This document shows, in pieces, positions 12,434 through 26,507 of a stretch of DNA of 64,000 nucleotides (positions are counted from its first letter, which is position 1; the number at the start of each line of letters is the position of its first letter). The stretch spans positions 87,372,502 through 87,436,501 of the forward strand of contig NC_068990.1 in the NCBI RefSeq assembly GCF_001194135.2, given 5' to 3'. Under the pieces are notes generated by a model, which was not told where the DNA came from, ran no database searches, and was given only the letters and a program-made list of their open reading frames with translations. The DNA comes from Octopus bimaculoides (taxonomy: Eukaryota). A program made the translations under genes and the position numbers.

Positions 12434-12710
12434 NNNNNNNNNNNNNNNNNNNNNNNNNNNNNNNNNNNNNNACATGCACACACGCACACATGCACACATA
12501 CACACACACACACACACACACGTCCACATACACACACGCACACATGCACACACACACATACACACACACACACACGTCCACATACACACACGCACACATG
12601 CACACACACACACATATGCACACAGACATGCACACACAAACTCATGAAAAATTACAGACGACTTTGTTGGCTTTGTTGCGCTCCATGTTTATGATAATGA
12701 TGATGACGAC

Positions 12711-12763
<53 letters not shown>

Positions 12764-12780
12764 CGATGATGATGATGATT
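12385..12780 (+). repeat. (CA)n compound plus (GAT)n microsatellites
   Basis: Direct reading; representative of dozens of di- and trinucleotide arrays. Confidence 0.95.
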
Positions 12781-12814
12781 ATAGTAATAGCAACAATAAC
12801 ACCAACAACAGTAG

Positions 12815-13010
12815 CATAGTTTTAGCTTTTTATCTTTGACTTGCTTCAGCCATTGGGTTGCGCCCATGCTGGGGCATGCCTTGAAGTTTTTACTCGAACA
12901 CATCGATCTCAGTATTTATTTTTTAAGTTTGGTACTTATTCTACCGGTCAATTTTGCCGAACTGTTAAGGTACGGGACGTAAACAAACCAACATCGGTCG
13001 TCAGACTGTA
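12815..13010 (-). mobile_element. SINE family B 3' domain, older
   Basis: Matches 601-808. Confidence 0.75.
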
Positions 13011-13161
13011 GAGACGCAAGGATAAACCCCACCCACCCAACACGATGGATTTCCACCTGATGTGTTTGGACAGGGAAATCTCACAATATTTTACAGGTCG
13101 CCGACTCTGCCACTCTCTGCGATCTGTGCTCTTACCACGTCTTGCCTCTCCCTAGACCCCA

Positions 13162-13215
<54 letters not shown>

Positions 13216-13216
13216 G

Positions 13217-13416
13217 ACTGGCAGAATCGTTAGCACTCCGGGCGAAATGCTAGAAGTATTTCGTCTGTCTTTACGTTCTGAGTTTAAATTCCGTCGAGGT
13301 CGACTTCGCTTTTCATCCTTTCGGGGTCGATAATAAGTACCAGTTGAGTACTGGGGTAGATATAATCGACTATTCCCCTCCCCCAAATTTCAGGACTTGT
13401 GCCTATATTAGAAAGG
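13217..13416 (+). mobile_element. SINE family A, tail type 2, embedded in (ATT)n
   Basis: Core and CCCCCAAATTTCAGGACTTGTGCC tail; ATT repeats on both sides. Confidence 0.85.
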
Positions 13417-13796
13417 ATGATTATTATTATTATTATTATTATTATTAGTAGAAGTATTTTTTCCCACCGACCTGTCCTTATGTGCATAAAATTCTTTCCT
13501 AGATATAGCGATATTTTTTTTGTATAGCTCAAGGAATTGATTTTTCGTTTGAGATTTTATTTTAAATAAGGACTTTTATTGAATATTTTGGAAATCTATC
13601 ATTCCCGGAGTAAGACAAAGGGAGAGCCTCAAAAGAATAGTTCAACTTTCCTTTCAACGTATAATTCTAAGTCAGTAATGGATTCCATTTATACAAAACC
13701 GCCTTAGAAGAAATGACATTGAAATTACAAAGCTGCTTTGAAACAGAGAAAAGTTTGAAACAAATATAAACACAGTCAAACTGAAGATAATAATAA

Positions 13797-14012
13797 TATT
13801 TATTCCCCACAGGGAGCTAAACATAGAGGAGACAAACAAGGACAGACAAACGGATTATATCGACCCCAGTGCGTAACTGGTACTTATTTAATCGACCCCG
13901 AAAGGATGAAAGGCAAAGTCGACCTCGGTGGAATTTGAACTCAGAACGTAACGACAGACGAAATACCGCTAAGCATTTCGCCTGGCGTGCTAACGTTTCT
14001 GCCAGCTCGCCA
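13797..14012 (-). mobile_element. SINE family A, tail type 1
   Basis: Near-identical to the 19553 copy. Confidence 0.9.
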
Positions 14013-14932
14013 TATTCGAATGAGCTTACATTAAAATAAAGGGTGTGTGTGTGTCTGTCTGTGTGTACGCGTCACAAGGCCAAAATTTCGGGCCTTGTGC
14101 CTAGAGTAGAAAATAATGTAAGCTCATTCGAAACCCTATAATATTGTTCATGCAAACCTATACACATGCACACGTAAGTACTTTCGAAATAAACTATTTA
14201 CTGATATATATTCGGTAATAAGTGTGCGGGAGAAATTAAATAACGCACCATGGAGCTTATTCAAAAGAAGCGTGCGAATTTAATCTTGCTAAAATACGTA
14301 CGTACAGCCTCACACATGGTGTACACATATATCACTGTTGATACACACACATACAGACACATACACACATATGTTATGCATATATATGTATGTGTGTGTG
14401 TGTGTGTATGGGCGTTTGTGTGTGCATGTATGTAAATGTATAACATTAATATACGTATATAAGTGTCTCTCACTCTCTCTCTTTCTAGCATCTATATGCA
14501 TACGTACACACTCACGCGCACACCCATGCACACACATACACACACACACACTCATGCACACACACATATATACATACACCTATGCACATATATATTTCTG
14601 TGTAGTGTGCTTGCTCGTACGTACAATGTTTTATAATATCCAATATCTTAAATAACTGTCTCAGCTATTTATCCTTATTATCTAACTTCAATATTCTTTA
14701 TTTTAATATTGTATATACTACCGTTATTTTTTTCTTGTTATTTTCACACTGTGAAGAAGTTACATTTGCTCTGAAGCAATTTCCCTCTAGACTACTTGAG
14801 GCGTTCTGTGTAACTTAAGAAAATCATTATTTTATTTATAGCGGCTCTCAGTTTTCTACTAGTTTTATTTTTAATCCTTATACATTATCTTTATATACCA
14901 AAATTTCGTTTTGTTTAAATTGTAAACAAGCC

Positions 14933-15047
14933 ACATACATACATACATACATACATACATACATACATACATACATACATACATAAATACATACATACAT
15001 ACATACATACATACATACATACAGACAGACATACATACATACATACA
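14933..15047 (+). repeat. (CATA)n microsatellite
   Basis: Direct reading. Confidence 0.95.
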
Positions 15048-15149
15048 TTACGAAGTAGTGTACGCTTGTTTTCACGAACGTGGAAAAAAATACTCAAAAG
15101 AAAGATTAGAATATGCATATTTTATTAGAAGCTGAATCATCAAATAATA

Positions 15150-17250
15150 TCAGATTGATACCTGACCTCAGGTTTTATTACTTTAATCGATTTGCTGAAA
15201 ACCATCACTGTACATTCAAAATTGTGTAATCAACCATCAATGAGCCATCAGTGAAGTGGAGTTCATGTTAGTTACATATAGTGGCGACACTTTTTACTGG
15301 AGTTTAGCTTAAATATGTTCAATAATCCAGTATCCACTCTTGTGTGTATAATACACTTCCCCCATCAACTCGCTAAATTCCGTGGTCAGCCAGAATTGGT
15401 GTGAATACTCAGCTCTTCTTTAAACTATCAATAACCAGAAAGGATTTCTCGCTTCCAAAAGAAATCAAGACAGTCATCCTATCGTAGAAATGCACGACTA
15501 TCTCCACAAATTTCTCGATAACCCATATCTTTTGAGTAAGGCCTATAAATTTTCTCTTCCTCATTCTTGAAAGATTTCATAAAGTCAAATGAACTCAACG
15601 AGGAAGCTGTTCACGCTATTCCACAGCCTGAATTCGATGCATGATGGAAATCACGTCGTGCTGATTCTAGATAAACAAAATCCACATTGCTTTGCAAAAA
15701 GAATTTACACGGATATTTTATTGAAGCTGTTGAAGCAGTGTTTTCGACAGACGTTTTCTGACACTAAAGAGGAGAAAAATTCCTTGATAATTTCCACTTG
15801 AAAAATGATGAATTTACGTGCCTTTTTCAACTGTAGCGAAAGCTTACTACATTGACCACATTCTCCGAAAACCGGAGTTTACAGCACAATTTTCCCCACC
15901 GTACTTAGAGACTTTCATAGGAATATTGTCAACACCAGGAGTTTTCTTCGGTTTTGTCACATGAATGGTAGCTTCCAGCTCTCCTTTATTTGGCAGCAAG
16001 TTCAAACTGCTATCTTCATGGACCCTACTAAAAATATTCTAAAGCCTTTTCTTGAAGACTGATTTAGCTCATTAAAATGTTTCTGATGGTGTTTCATAAT
16101 ATCGCTCATCTGACTGTAAGAGTGTGAGTCATGCTTGCTCTCCGTTGATGCATTACCATTTTTCCGGAGACAGCAAATATCATTGACTGGTAAAGGTTTT
16201 CGCATTGTTAGAATGAGTAATGACTTGAATTCTGACTGCCTTCTGGTCCCACAACTGGTCCTTCAACAACTGCAATTTCACTTGTTTAAGCATTCACAAC
16301 CTTGAATCGGCTGGTAGACTTCAGGTATATTTGGTTCATTGAAAGTAATTTTATATTACTTTCACTTTTTAGATAAAGTTGTGTCGTTGCATAATTTTTA
16401 TCAAACCAGTCGGCATGCATGTATTTAGGGGAATGATCGGGACAGAAGTTGTCTTGCATAGTATCAACTGATACATTGATGGGTAACATTTCATACTTTC
16501 TGGTCATATTCGTATCCAGTTCACATCGCAATCCAAGGTTTTACATTTTGTACATCCAGTTTTTGGAGCAATTCAACCACCTTTTTACATGTCATACAAA
16601 CTGCATGTATTCTGTATTGCTATGTTGTTAGTGAAACAGTCAGCACCCCTCATAACATGCGCAAATGTCCGCAGTATTCTCTTGGCGAGTAAGCATGTGG
16701 TTTAACTGATATAGCCATTTCGATCGCATATAGCACCAGCTGTAAACTTTCAGGAAGCCGGGAGGTGTTTGTCACACCCAGATCTTATTCGGTGCAAAGT
16801 TCAAATGGAATTCTTTATTAGAGTTGTTAAATTTTTTCCAGTGTGATCCAGCACATCGTTTCATATTTGCTAATACTTCTCCATTTTTGCATTAGCAGTT
16901 CCAACAAACGCTGATGAGCCCAGGTCTCTACACATTGAATTGTAGAAATCCATCTTCTATTTCGATTTATTTGTCATTTTAGGAACATAAAATGTAAAAG
17001 CAGTTTCACTTCGATAACCATCCAGGGAAAATCTCAACTTTATTTGTATGCCAGAGATAGCAACAGGAAGCGCATTATTTTTCTTATAAGATTATTCATG
17101 ATAGCTAAGTACACTCAAACCAGCGTGCAGATTTCCGGTCGGCAGCTCTCAGCTTCTCAAGCCAATCAGCTTCGTCATTTCATCACCGATCACCCAACTG
17201 GTTGGTTTTTGCTTTTCTCCATTCAGAACAGTCAAACATTTAAGATGTTA
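15150..17250 (-). mobile_element. Highly decayed RTE-clade LINE (APE endonuclease C-half plus reverse transcriptase)
   Basis: Frameshifted minus-strand motifs: IKLRFSL...YVPKMTN...DFY (APE), KPKKTPGVDNIPMKVSKYGG, GNYQGIFLL, KQCGF, EKFVEIVVHFYDRM (RT domains 0-3). Confidence 0.7.
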
Positions 17251-17264
17251 TATCTATCGTGATC

Positions 17265-17336
17265 TTCCTTCCTTCCTTCCTTCCTTCCTTCCTTCCTTCC
17301 TTCCTTCCTTCCTTCCTTCCTTCCTCCTTTCCTTCC
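17265..17336 (+). repeat. (CCTT)n microsatellite between the two RTE remnants
   Basis: Direct reading. Confidence 0.95.
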
Positions 17337-17399
17337 ATTTTAATGGAATTTCATCTATCAGGTTTTTTTTTGCTTTTCCTTTTCCCTTTTAGGCAATGT

Positions 17400-18400
17400 T
17401 TTCTTCGATGATGTTTGCACGCAGATTTTAATTCCGTTCCATTTCTCTTCTCTTCGTTCTTTATAAGTCTTCTTTTTTTAAATTTATTCATTGTGTAAAT
17501 ATTCATACTTGTTTCATATTTTCCAAATTATATTCTTCTGTTTGTATTCTATCTGTTGTAAACGCGTATAAGTTTGTTTTCATCTTCTAGCTATTTCCAT
17601 TTCTTCTTGATGTATAATGTTTGATGTATAATTTAATTACCACTGGATGTGGTCTGAAATGAACAGTATGCTCTACAAGTTTCTTAGCCGTTTGTCTATC
17701 AGTATATAGTCTGTCCGATATCTTGTTACGTCATTTGAACTTTTCCTCATGTATAATTGTCTAAATGTCTTGTTATCAGAATAGACTGTTACTATCTACT
17801 AAGTTGTTTCTTTGACAAAAGGGAATCAAATAGTTACCTCCTATTTTTCTCACCTTACCTACATTGACCTGCTATGTTCTCCGTGTCATCTCTAACAACC
17901 TTTGCGTCAGAATATTCCATTATAATCGTGGTTCCTTTAGTTTTAGTGTATTTAATCACATTTGAATCTTGTTGTCTTCCCTATGTTCTTGTATATGAGT
18001 GTATATCTGTATGATGTTAATACTGACTTTTTTCCCTTTGTACTTTCATATTTTTCACTATCCGAAATTGTTCAACATCCATTTAGTGGTTTTTCTGAAG
18101 AGTTTTTCATTATGATCTCCATTCCTTTTTCATTCCGTTTCCCACCTGAATACAACATTGTGTGATTTTCTTTTAGAATTTTAACATCAACCCATCTAGT
18201 TTCCAATATTCCCATTATCTCAAGATTCCGTTTTTTTCCCTTCCTTCCTGATTTTTAATTTTGCTGGCTGATAGAGTCTTCTTGTGTTTTAGCGTCAAAA
18301 TTTATTGATAGATTTCAGAGCATCGCTATACGACAGTAAATCGCATTAGGTTTTAGGTTACAACCATCATAAGAATTCTACTAGTTCGTTTCTTCTTCCT
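17400..18400 (-). mobile_element. Decayed RTE-clade LINE, APE endonuclease region (second, distinct element)
   Basis: Minus motifs GILETRW, TMLYSGGKRNEKG, INIIQIY, FCQRNNL, RYRTDYILIDKR, SDH (frameshifts and stops). Confidence 0.75.
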
Positions 18401-19552
18401 TGTAGTCAATATCTATCAACTATAGAACGTCCAGCTTCTCTATCTTTTTCTTATCCACTTGTAATGTTATCATATTGTAACAAGTGGGCTGGAATGTACA
18501 TATAAAGTTGGATCAGAAATAGTTGATTGAGATCATTGTATGCGTATAAAATAGAATTGCACCCGGGCAATTTTATGTGGTTAAATGATTACAAACAGTA
18601 TGTATAGCATTTGTATTACATTAATATATTGAAATGTTATATTTAAACGTAAATTTAGGTATGTAAGTTCATACAAATGTTATTTATTCCAGTAGCCTTT
18701 TACTGCGGGTGGGCTCATCTTTAGCTCAATTGGTTAGTGATTGACTATTGTGACCGGACCAGAGATATGTAGCGTATTGGTTAAGTGGTTACAATAATAT
18801 TTCAATATGGTTTAAGGTAGGCTCACTTCAGTCTGATATGGGGTTGAGTAAAAGCAACAACAACAACAACAATCAAGAACTAAGATAGCCGGGTGGTATT
18901 GTCATCTTGGATCGGGAACAAACTCACGTCTTGTGGCAGAAATCAATTAGTCAGTAGTAAACGTTAACATATTCTGATTATTAGTGAAAAGAAGGACAGG
19001 GTCCTTTAGTAAGGATTCTGAATCTGAGGGAAAGACCACAAGGAATTAACTTCACAATGGAAATCCGATCCAAATGCTTTTAACAATAGATTCTGCTAAA
19101 GGCACCCAAATGCTAGATGATATAATTCACTAGAATGACAGATTAAGTTTTCCTCTGAAGAACTGAAACAATCTCCCCACCCCGATGGATTTTCGCACAG
19201 TTTCTGTTAAGCAAATTTACCATGAACTAGCGAGGGAGCTTCACTACATTTATTAGAAATAGTGACTGAATTTCTCTCATATAAAACACTACAATGTTGA
19301 AGGGAGTTTGCTGCATTATATAATGTTGTCAATGATGCGTATAGAGGAAAAGACGAGATGGTCATGGCTTTTGGCCATTGGTTTACTAAAAAAAAAAAAG
19401 ACCTGGATTAAACAACAACAACAACAGCAATGCAATTTTTTCTCAGAGGACGTGTGCTGACCCGAGCTGAGGGTTGTAAGGTGGGATTAGATTCGGAATC
19501 ATGCTGATTGCGAAACGAACATTTTAATCACACAGCCACGCATGCAATGTTA

Positions 19553-19769
19553 TTTCTTTACTACCCACAGAGGGGACAAACAAGGACAGACAAACGGATT
19601 AAGTCGATTATATCGACCCCAGTTCGTAACTGGTACTTATTTAATCGACCCCGAAAGGATGAAATGCAAAGTCGACCTCGGCGGAATTTGAACTCAGAAC
19701 GTACCGGCAGACGAAATACCGCTAAGCATTTCGCCCGGCGTGCTAACGTTTCTGCCAGCTCGCCGCCTT
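19553..19769 (-). mobile_element. SINE family A, full length, tail type 1, with TSD
   Basis: 17-bp TSD CCACGCATGCRAYGTTA at 19536-19552 and 19770-19786; acceptor-stem-like GGCGG...CCGCC pairing in the head. Confidence 0.92.
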
Positions 19770-20589
19770 CCACGCATGCGACGTTACGTCGAAGAATACG
19801 CCACTCTGCAGTAGATCTTTGGAACTGAAGGTGTATACGTTGTTATTCAGACTGTGCTTCTTCAAACTGGAAATAATTTATTCCCGTTGTCATCGATGCA
19901 TGCAGTTATGCAAATATAGGAGAAAGGAAAAGAGACTTAAGTAATAATATATAATACCTTTTTGAAATTCTTTGTTTGAATCTACTGGGGGAAACAAAAA
20001 ATTGAATGGATAAATATATGCATGCATAATTATTTACGCAAGAAATATAGACAAAGCTGAGTTTAACGATGTTTTCAGTTGATACAAGGATGGAATTTGC
20101 TTAAAAGAAATGTCACACAAACACGTTGCTCTTCCGAATCCTTCAGTGTTCAACTTGTGGCAAATCTCCAAGTGCACTAAACATGCGTTCTCTTTAGCAC
20201 GTGTAGATCGATGTTTAATTGATGTGGTATGCTATGATTATTATTAGGTGGAAGGTCAAGGCCATCCTACACAGCACTACATTTGCAAGCGAGCTGTGCC
20301 AGGTCATGTTTTTCAAAGTTCTGCTTCTTTGTGGACAGGTTCCTCATACAAACATATATACACATTGTCATATACATATATAAGACAAAATAAGCAGATC
20401 TACAGATGCAAATTACATGCGTGCATACACGTATTCGTATACTTACGTGTACAGATACATACGTACACACACTTATATATACATATATACATACATAATA
20501 CATACGTGCATACATGCATGCATTAGGTTATGTACCATCCAGTTTGTACAAAAACAAAAGAAATACTCGGTTTCACGGAAGAAGAGCAA

Positions 20590-20830
20590 AAGATTGAATT
20601 TAGCTTGAGCAGTTTGATCACTCTGCATCTCAGTAAGGTTTTATTGTTGTGTAATATTAACATCAGCTGTATTTGCCTCAAACAGATCTCTGACCCAACT
20701 TGGAATATTCATTTCCAGGAAGTCTTTGAACCTAATTACCACACCATTGAGCAATTTCTTCAAATGCTCGAACTGAACAAAAGGGTTAGAAAATGCATCA
20801 ACTCCTTTCGCTCTGTATCAATCTGAATAG
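20590..20830 (-). mobile_element. hAT transposase remnant (SCAND3/ZBED-like C-terminal part)
   Basis: Minus translation HLKKLLNGVVIRFKDFLEMNIPSWVRDLFEANTADVNITQQ*NLTEMQSDQTAQAKF resembles the RF-x-D...IP-x-W...PF...LQ-x-x-L-x-E-L-Q-x-D block of Charlie/SPIN-type hATs. Confidence 0.55.
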
Positions 20831-22219
20831 ATAATTAGTATGAATAGATTAATTTTTCCTCGGAAGCACTATCATTGTTTTTGTCAATTAAAATATTTGT
20901 ATTTTAACCTCGAAGCCGTTTGTTCAGCGTATTTAACTTTACAAATTTATTTAAAAGATAGAATATGTCACATTTGCTTGCTAGGATTTAGAAACGTTGT
21001 ATCATTGACTCAAAGTTCAACGATGCGACACAGGGAATTACCCTCAGGTATTTTCACCAGATGCATGAACTTCAAAGCATTATCATAATAATTAATTCAT
21101 GCGAGACTTTCCAATGACAATTTGATACTATATTTATTAATGATAAATAATTACCTAAGTGCCAAAGGAATCTATTATTTCCTTTTTCTGTTATGACAGA
21201 ATAGATATAGAAGTGTATTCTCTATATATGTGTGTCTGTGTATGTTTTTGTGTGTAAATTTTCAATGGTTATGGACAGTAATAGAAAATTTGTGTGAGAA
21301 ACAGAGTGACAGTTATGTGGGACACTTCACTGATCCTGTGGCCTCTCTACCCTATTAACAAATTGTTCTGTGGTTCTAGGCGGGAAATACTACTCTAGGC
21401 ATTAGTATATTGAACATTCTCATGAACTCCCATATTTATATTAATTATATGTATATATATACCCACAGATACAAACACGCGCACACACTCATATATATNN
21501 NNNNNNNNNNNNNNNNNNNNNNNNNNNNNNNNNNNNNNNNNNNNNNNNNNNNNNNNNNNNNNNNNNNNNNNNNNNNNNNNNNNNNNNNNNNNNNNNNNNN
21601 NNNNNNNNNNNNNNNNNNNNNNNNNNNNNNNNNNNNNNNNNNNNNNNNNNNNNNNNNNNNATATATATATATATATATATATATAGACAGTTTGGCTGCT
21701 TGTTTCTCTGGAGACTACCAGAATGGTGTGGACGCCTCTGATGAGAAACCCACAAGGTTCGAAAATCGATTAACGTTGTTCATCATTTTTTCAGTTTGAA
21801 GAAAAATGGCTAAAATCTGCCCTGTTTATAATTATACCATATTTCACACACACACACACACACACACTCACACAGGCACACGCGCGCGCACACATACACT
21901 CACACATGTATACACACATACACATATATGTGTGTATATGATTACACAATTATATACGTATTATATACATATTTATATAATGCGATAAACCTTGATCAAA
22001 ATGAAAATCATAAATTGGCAAAAAAATTGTAATTGTTTTTACGCTGCGGAGTCATGACGAACCTGCGCATTAAATATGCATGCGTTTTTCTTTTGTTATT
22101 GAAAACAATTTCTGGGGTGGATTATACACAGGCATTACGTTATGTGAACACATATCCTTACACACATACACACACACAGGTACACATATCATCGCCTCGT
22201 CTTGCCTTATAGTCATGTG

Positions 22220-22262
<43 letters not shown>

Positions 22263-22639
22263 CGAATCCGTATCTGCGTCTTAGTTTATGTGAACTAGAG
22301 TTTGAAAAGCTGCTTTGTTTGTGAATGCATTCCTTTATGTCCAGTGACTGAAACTAGTGAAGTATAATACATACGAACATACAATACATACTTTTTATAC
22401 ATACATATATACACACATACACACTTGCATATGTATGTATGTATGTATTTATGTATGTATATATGCTTGCGTATGTGTGTGTATGCATGTATGTGGTGTG
22501 TGTGTGTGCACGTATGTTCACAATGTGACATTGCGCTTCACATGTCAAGACAACATCTGAAAATGACTTTCAGGCTCCAGGATATTATATTGTGTGGCTT
22601 CAATGCTGATGGGATATCATTGTTTGGGAGAGTGCCGAT

Positions 22640-23130
22640 GGGGGCGGTAGTGGCAGTGGTGATAACGGTGGTGGTGGTGGTAGTGGTGGTGGGCGTGGGA
22701 GTGGTAGTAGTAGGGGCAATGGTGCTAATAGTGGTGTCTGTAGAGTTTATAGTGAAGATGGTGGTGGTGGCGGTGGCGGTGGTGGGTGGGGGACACTTGT
22801 GCTGTTGCTGCTAATACTGCCGAGAGTACCACTTCGGATTCTGCTGTTGGTGGTGATGGTCATGGTAGTGACGGTAGTGGTTGTTGTGGTGGTGGTAGCT
22901 GTAATAAGTTAGTGGTATGATGGTGGCCATAGTAATGACAAGAACAATGGTATTAGTGTTAAGGGAGTTGTTGGTAATAGTGAAGGAGTAGGAGATGTGG
23001 ATGATGATGGTGCTGCTGATGATGAGGCAGTGGTAGTTGCAGAGTCTGCTGTTAGTCATGTCTGCGCAGATCCATGGATGGCGACTGTAAAAATATAAGT
23101 GTGATAATGATGGTGTGGTTGTGTGGTAAT
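22640..23130 (+). repeat. Cryptic (GGT/GTA/GAT) low-complexity tract
   Basis: Degenerate triplet repeat; similar tracts at 4470-4700, 24840-25440, 42000-42230, 50440-51120. Confidence 0.85.
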
Positions 23131-23749
23131 GAATGTATCGGGTACAGCTAATGTTGAGCTGATTTTCCCAAAGTGTTCAGGTCGGGTAGCAGCAGTGATT
23201 AATACAATGGTATTGGATATGTGTTGCGATGGTGTCTTCCTCCTCTTTTCTTTACGGCAAGAATTTCTTCTGGACAGCAGGTCGGATCTCATGGCATTAC
23301 TCTACATTTCAGACTCCAGCTTCTTTTCCCCTTACGCGGATAAATAAAGCCTTTTAGAATCCCTATTTGTATATTTTCAACATATGTAAAAAAAAAAAAG
23401 CAAACAAAAATCTGCATTCCGATGTGTGAGTCTATGAGGGAACACAATAAACGAATGTTTAGAGCGGAGTCTCCCCGCCTAAGGGCTTAAAAATATTCAG
23501 TGGCGCCACGGAAAAATTTGGCAGTTGAAGGGGTAGTATACAGACATAATGAAAAGGCCTACAAAACTACCACTTTGTTTCTTCCCCAAATTTTCGATTG
23601 CTATTTGTAACTCTTTAACATTTATGCGCAAATGCTTACGTACACACGTATACACACAATGCTTTTTCTGTCTTAAGTTCCGCCATGACAGAAAATAAAA
23701 AGAGGATTCCTTTGACATTTCGATAATAATTTTATTATTGATGAATAAC

Positions 23750-24560
23750 GTATTAAGCAGAAGCCACGTGCTGTCATTGAGTTCTTGCAGAAAGACTGGT
23801 GCAAGCTGATCGGTATCTATGGAAGACTTAAAGTTGTTTACGGAGGTGGCAACATTGACAAAAGCAATGTGCACAGATGAATGGATTTTAAAGAAGGGGC
23901 AACCAGTATTGAAGAAAAACCACTCAGTGAGAGACCATCAACAACGACCATAGGACGAATTATCAGCGAGAGAATGGATTCTGGTGGACAGACAAGTCAC
24001 AATCTGTGAGCATACAGAAATTATGGAATGTTTTGGGTATCGGAAGGTGTGTGCCGAGTGGCCTACCTCGGCAGTTGACACCCGATTAGGAAGAGAAAAA
24101 GAGGGAAATCTGTTTGAAGCGGTTGAAATTATAGAAGACGCATTTTGTTTACCAATCTGGCGATAGGGGATGAAATATGAACGCATCTTTAATGATCCGG
24201 AAACGAAGGCTCAAAGCATGGAACGGTGTCACACTTTTTCTCCAAGGAAGTCCAAGAGCCAGCGATGGACACAGAGAATCGTAGTGACTATATTTGGGGA
24301 TGATAAGAGTGTCAATCACCTTAATTTTCTAGAAAATGGCTGTGGACAGCAAGCAGTAAATTGAGTCACTTAAAAAGGCTTAACGAAAACCATTAAGAAG
24401 AAAAAGGCGGACAAGAAACTGAAAGAGATCTACATCATAACAATGTTTTACTAAACATATCAGACAAACGGCAAACTAGACTGGTCTATTGTACAGTTTG
24501 GGTCTGGCGCCCTACGACTTCCACCTGTGTCGTCCAGTAGAGATAATATGCCTTTGATCA
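23750..24560 (+). mobile_element. Mariner (Tc1/mariner) transposase pseudogene
   Basis: Frameshifted motifs RAVIEFL...RLKVVYGG, SIEEKPLSERPST, GYRKVCAEW.PRQLT, GDE...DPETKAQSME, FLENG, DLAP.DFHL-like. Confidence 0.8.
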
Positions 24561-25255
24561 GGGTTTGTCTCAGAGGTAAGCAACCACCATATCGAAGGCT
24601 CACCTCTTTGTTGGCTCATGGAGGTGAGCGCTGTGGTGGATGGTAGTTGTGTTGATGGTGTATCATAATTGTTTAGTAATAATAATTATTGTTGCTTGTT
24701 ATCCCCTCCCTGCCTTCACCGATGACACATTATACTGTCCATCGATTCCGTTTTTATGTCAGACGCTACCTTGTCCACGGATTCCGTTTGTCTGCAAGGC
24801 AGATTTACCGGCAATTCCTTGCAGGCGTACTTAGAGAACTCGTCGTTGAAATGTAGTAATGGTGAATGTTAAAGCGGTGACGTTAATATGCTGTTGTTGA
24901 CGTAGTAGTGGTGGTGGTGCTGGTAGTTGTTACTAGAATGGTGTGGTCGTAGTACACTCGTATTGGTGATAGTGATGATGGTAATGTTGTTGAGGCAACG
25001 GTGGTTTGGCTGATGCTTGCGTGGGTGGTCCGATGTTGCGCTGTGTGAAGGCAGAGCGAATGCTAACGCGTCTGCTACAGTTGATAGGAATTATCATTGA
25101 TGTTTATGATAATTTCAATAATGGTGAAGGAAATGCCAGTAGCTATAGTGACAATGGTAGCTGTAATGGCGATGATGATGATGATGATGATGATCATGAT
25201 GATGATGGAGATGGTGGTCATGCTGATGGTAATAGTGGTGATAGGGATGATGATA

Positions 25256-25286
<31 letters not shown>

Positions 25287-26210
25287 GGAGGAGGAGGAGG
25301 AAAATGATGTTGCAGTGGATTGTGTCGAAGGTGGTGTTAGCGATGACGATAAGGATGAGAGCAATGATGCTAGCGGTGATGGTGATGTCATCGAATTAAG
25401 ATAATGGTAAAAGTGATGATGATGGTAATTATAATGGCGATGTGCTGGAATGTTCATTTATGAAAAAAAAAAAAAAAAAAAAAAANNNNNNNNNNNNNNN
25501 NNNNNNNNNNNNNNNNNNNNNNNNNNNNNNNNNNNNNNNNNNNNNNNNNNNNNNNNNNNNNNNNNNNNNNNNNNNNNNNNNNNNNNNNNNNNNNNNNNNN
25601 NNNNNNNNNNNNNNNNNNNNNNNNNNNNNNNNNNNNNNNNNNNNNNNNNNNNNNNNNNNNNNNNNNNNNNNNNNNNNNNNNNNNNNNNNNNNNNNNNNNN
25701 NNNNNNNNNNNNNNNNNNNNNNNNNNNNNNNNNNNNNNNNNNNNNNNNNNNNNNNNNNNNNNNNNNNNNNNNNNNNNNNNNNNNNNNNNNNNNNNNNNNN
25801 NNNNNNNNNNNNNNNNNNNNNNNNNNNNNNNNNNNNNNNNNNNNNNNNNNNNNNNNNNNNNNNNNNNNNNNNNNNNNNNNNNNNNNNNNNNNNNNNNNNN
25901 NNNNNNNNNNNNNNNNNNNNNNNNNNNNNNNNNNNNNNNNNNNNNNNNNNNNNNNNNNNNNNNNNNNNNNNNNNNNNNNNNNNNNNNNNNNNNNNNNNNN
26001 NNNNNNNNNNNNNNNNNNNNNNNNNNNNNNNNNNNNNNNNNNNNNNNNNNNNNNNNNNNNNNNNNNNNNNNNNNNNNNNNNNNNNNNNNNNNNNNNNNNN
26101 NNNNNNNNNNNNNNNNNNNNNNNNNNNNNNNNNNNNNNNNNNNNNNNNNNNNNNNNNNNNNNNNNNNNNNNNNNNNNNNNNNNNNNNNNNNNNNNNNNNN
26201 NNNNNNNNNN

Positions 26211-26507
26211 GAGCGAAAACACCTAAAGCTCCACGAGTCTCCGGCAGGGGATGGTGGCGAACCCTGCTGTACTCTTCCACCACAACTTTCTCTCACTCTT
26301 TCTTCCTGTTTCTGTTGTGCCTGTATTTCAAAGGGCCAGCCTTGTCACGCTGTGTCACGCTGAATATCCTCGAGAACTACGTTAAGGGTACACATGTCTG
26401 TGGAGTGCTCAGCCACTTGCACGTTAATTTCACGAGCAGGCTGTTCCGTTGATCGGATCAACTGGAACCCTCGACGTCGTAAGCGACGGAGTGCCAACAA
26501 CAACAAC
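26211..26507 (+). mobile_element. SINE family C (tRNA-derived), head in gap
   Basis: GAGCGAAAACACCTAAAGCTCCACG...GACGGAGTGCC(AAC)n. Confidence 0.9.

Noticed and set aside
16900-16960. CTGATGAG...GAAA hammerhead-like spacing
   Set aside because: No stem II or III pairing; lies antisense within the RTE endonuclease remnant.
18715-18790. tRNA-like A box TAGCTCAATTGGTTAG
   Set aside because: No B box or cloverleaf. No bona fide tRNA gene was found; SINE heads are tRNA-derived only.
23130-23345. Complex block with short ORFs on both strands
   Set aside because: No convincing splice sites or homology; frames contain stops.
25006-25404. Acidic D/E-rich 132-aa ORF
   Set aside because: Translation of (GAT)/(GGT) microsatellite; no splice context or domain; all frames are low-complexity.
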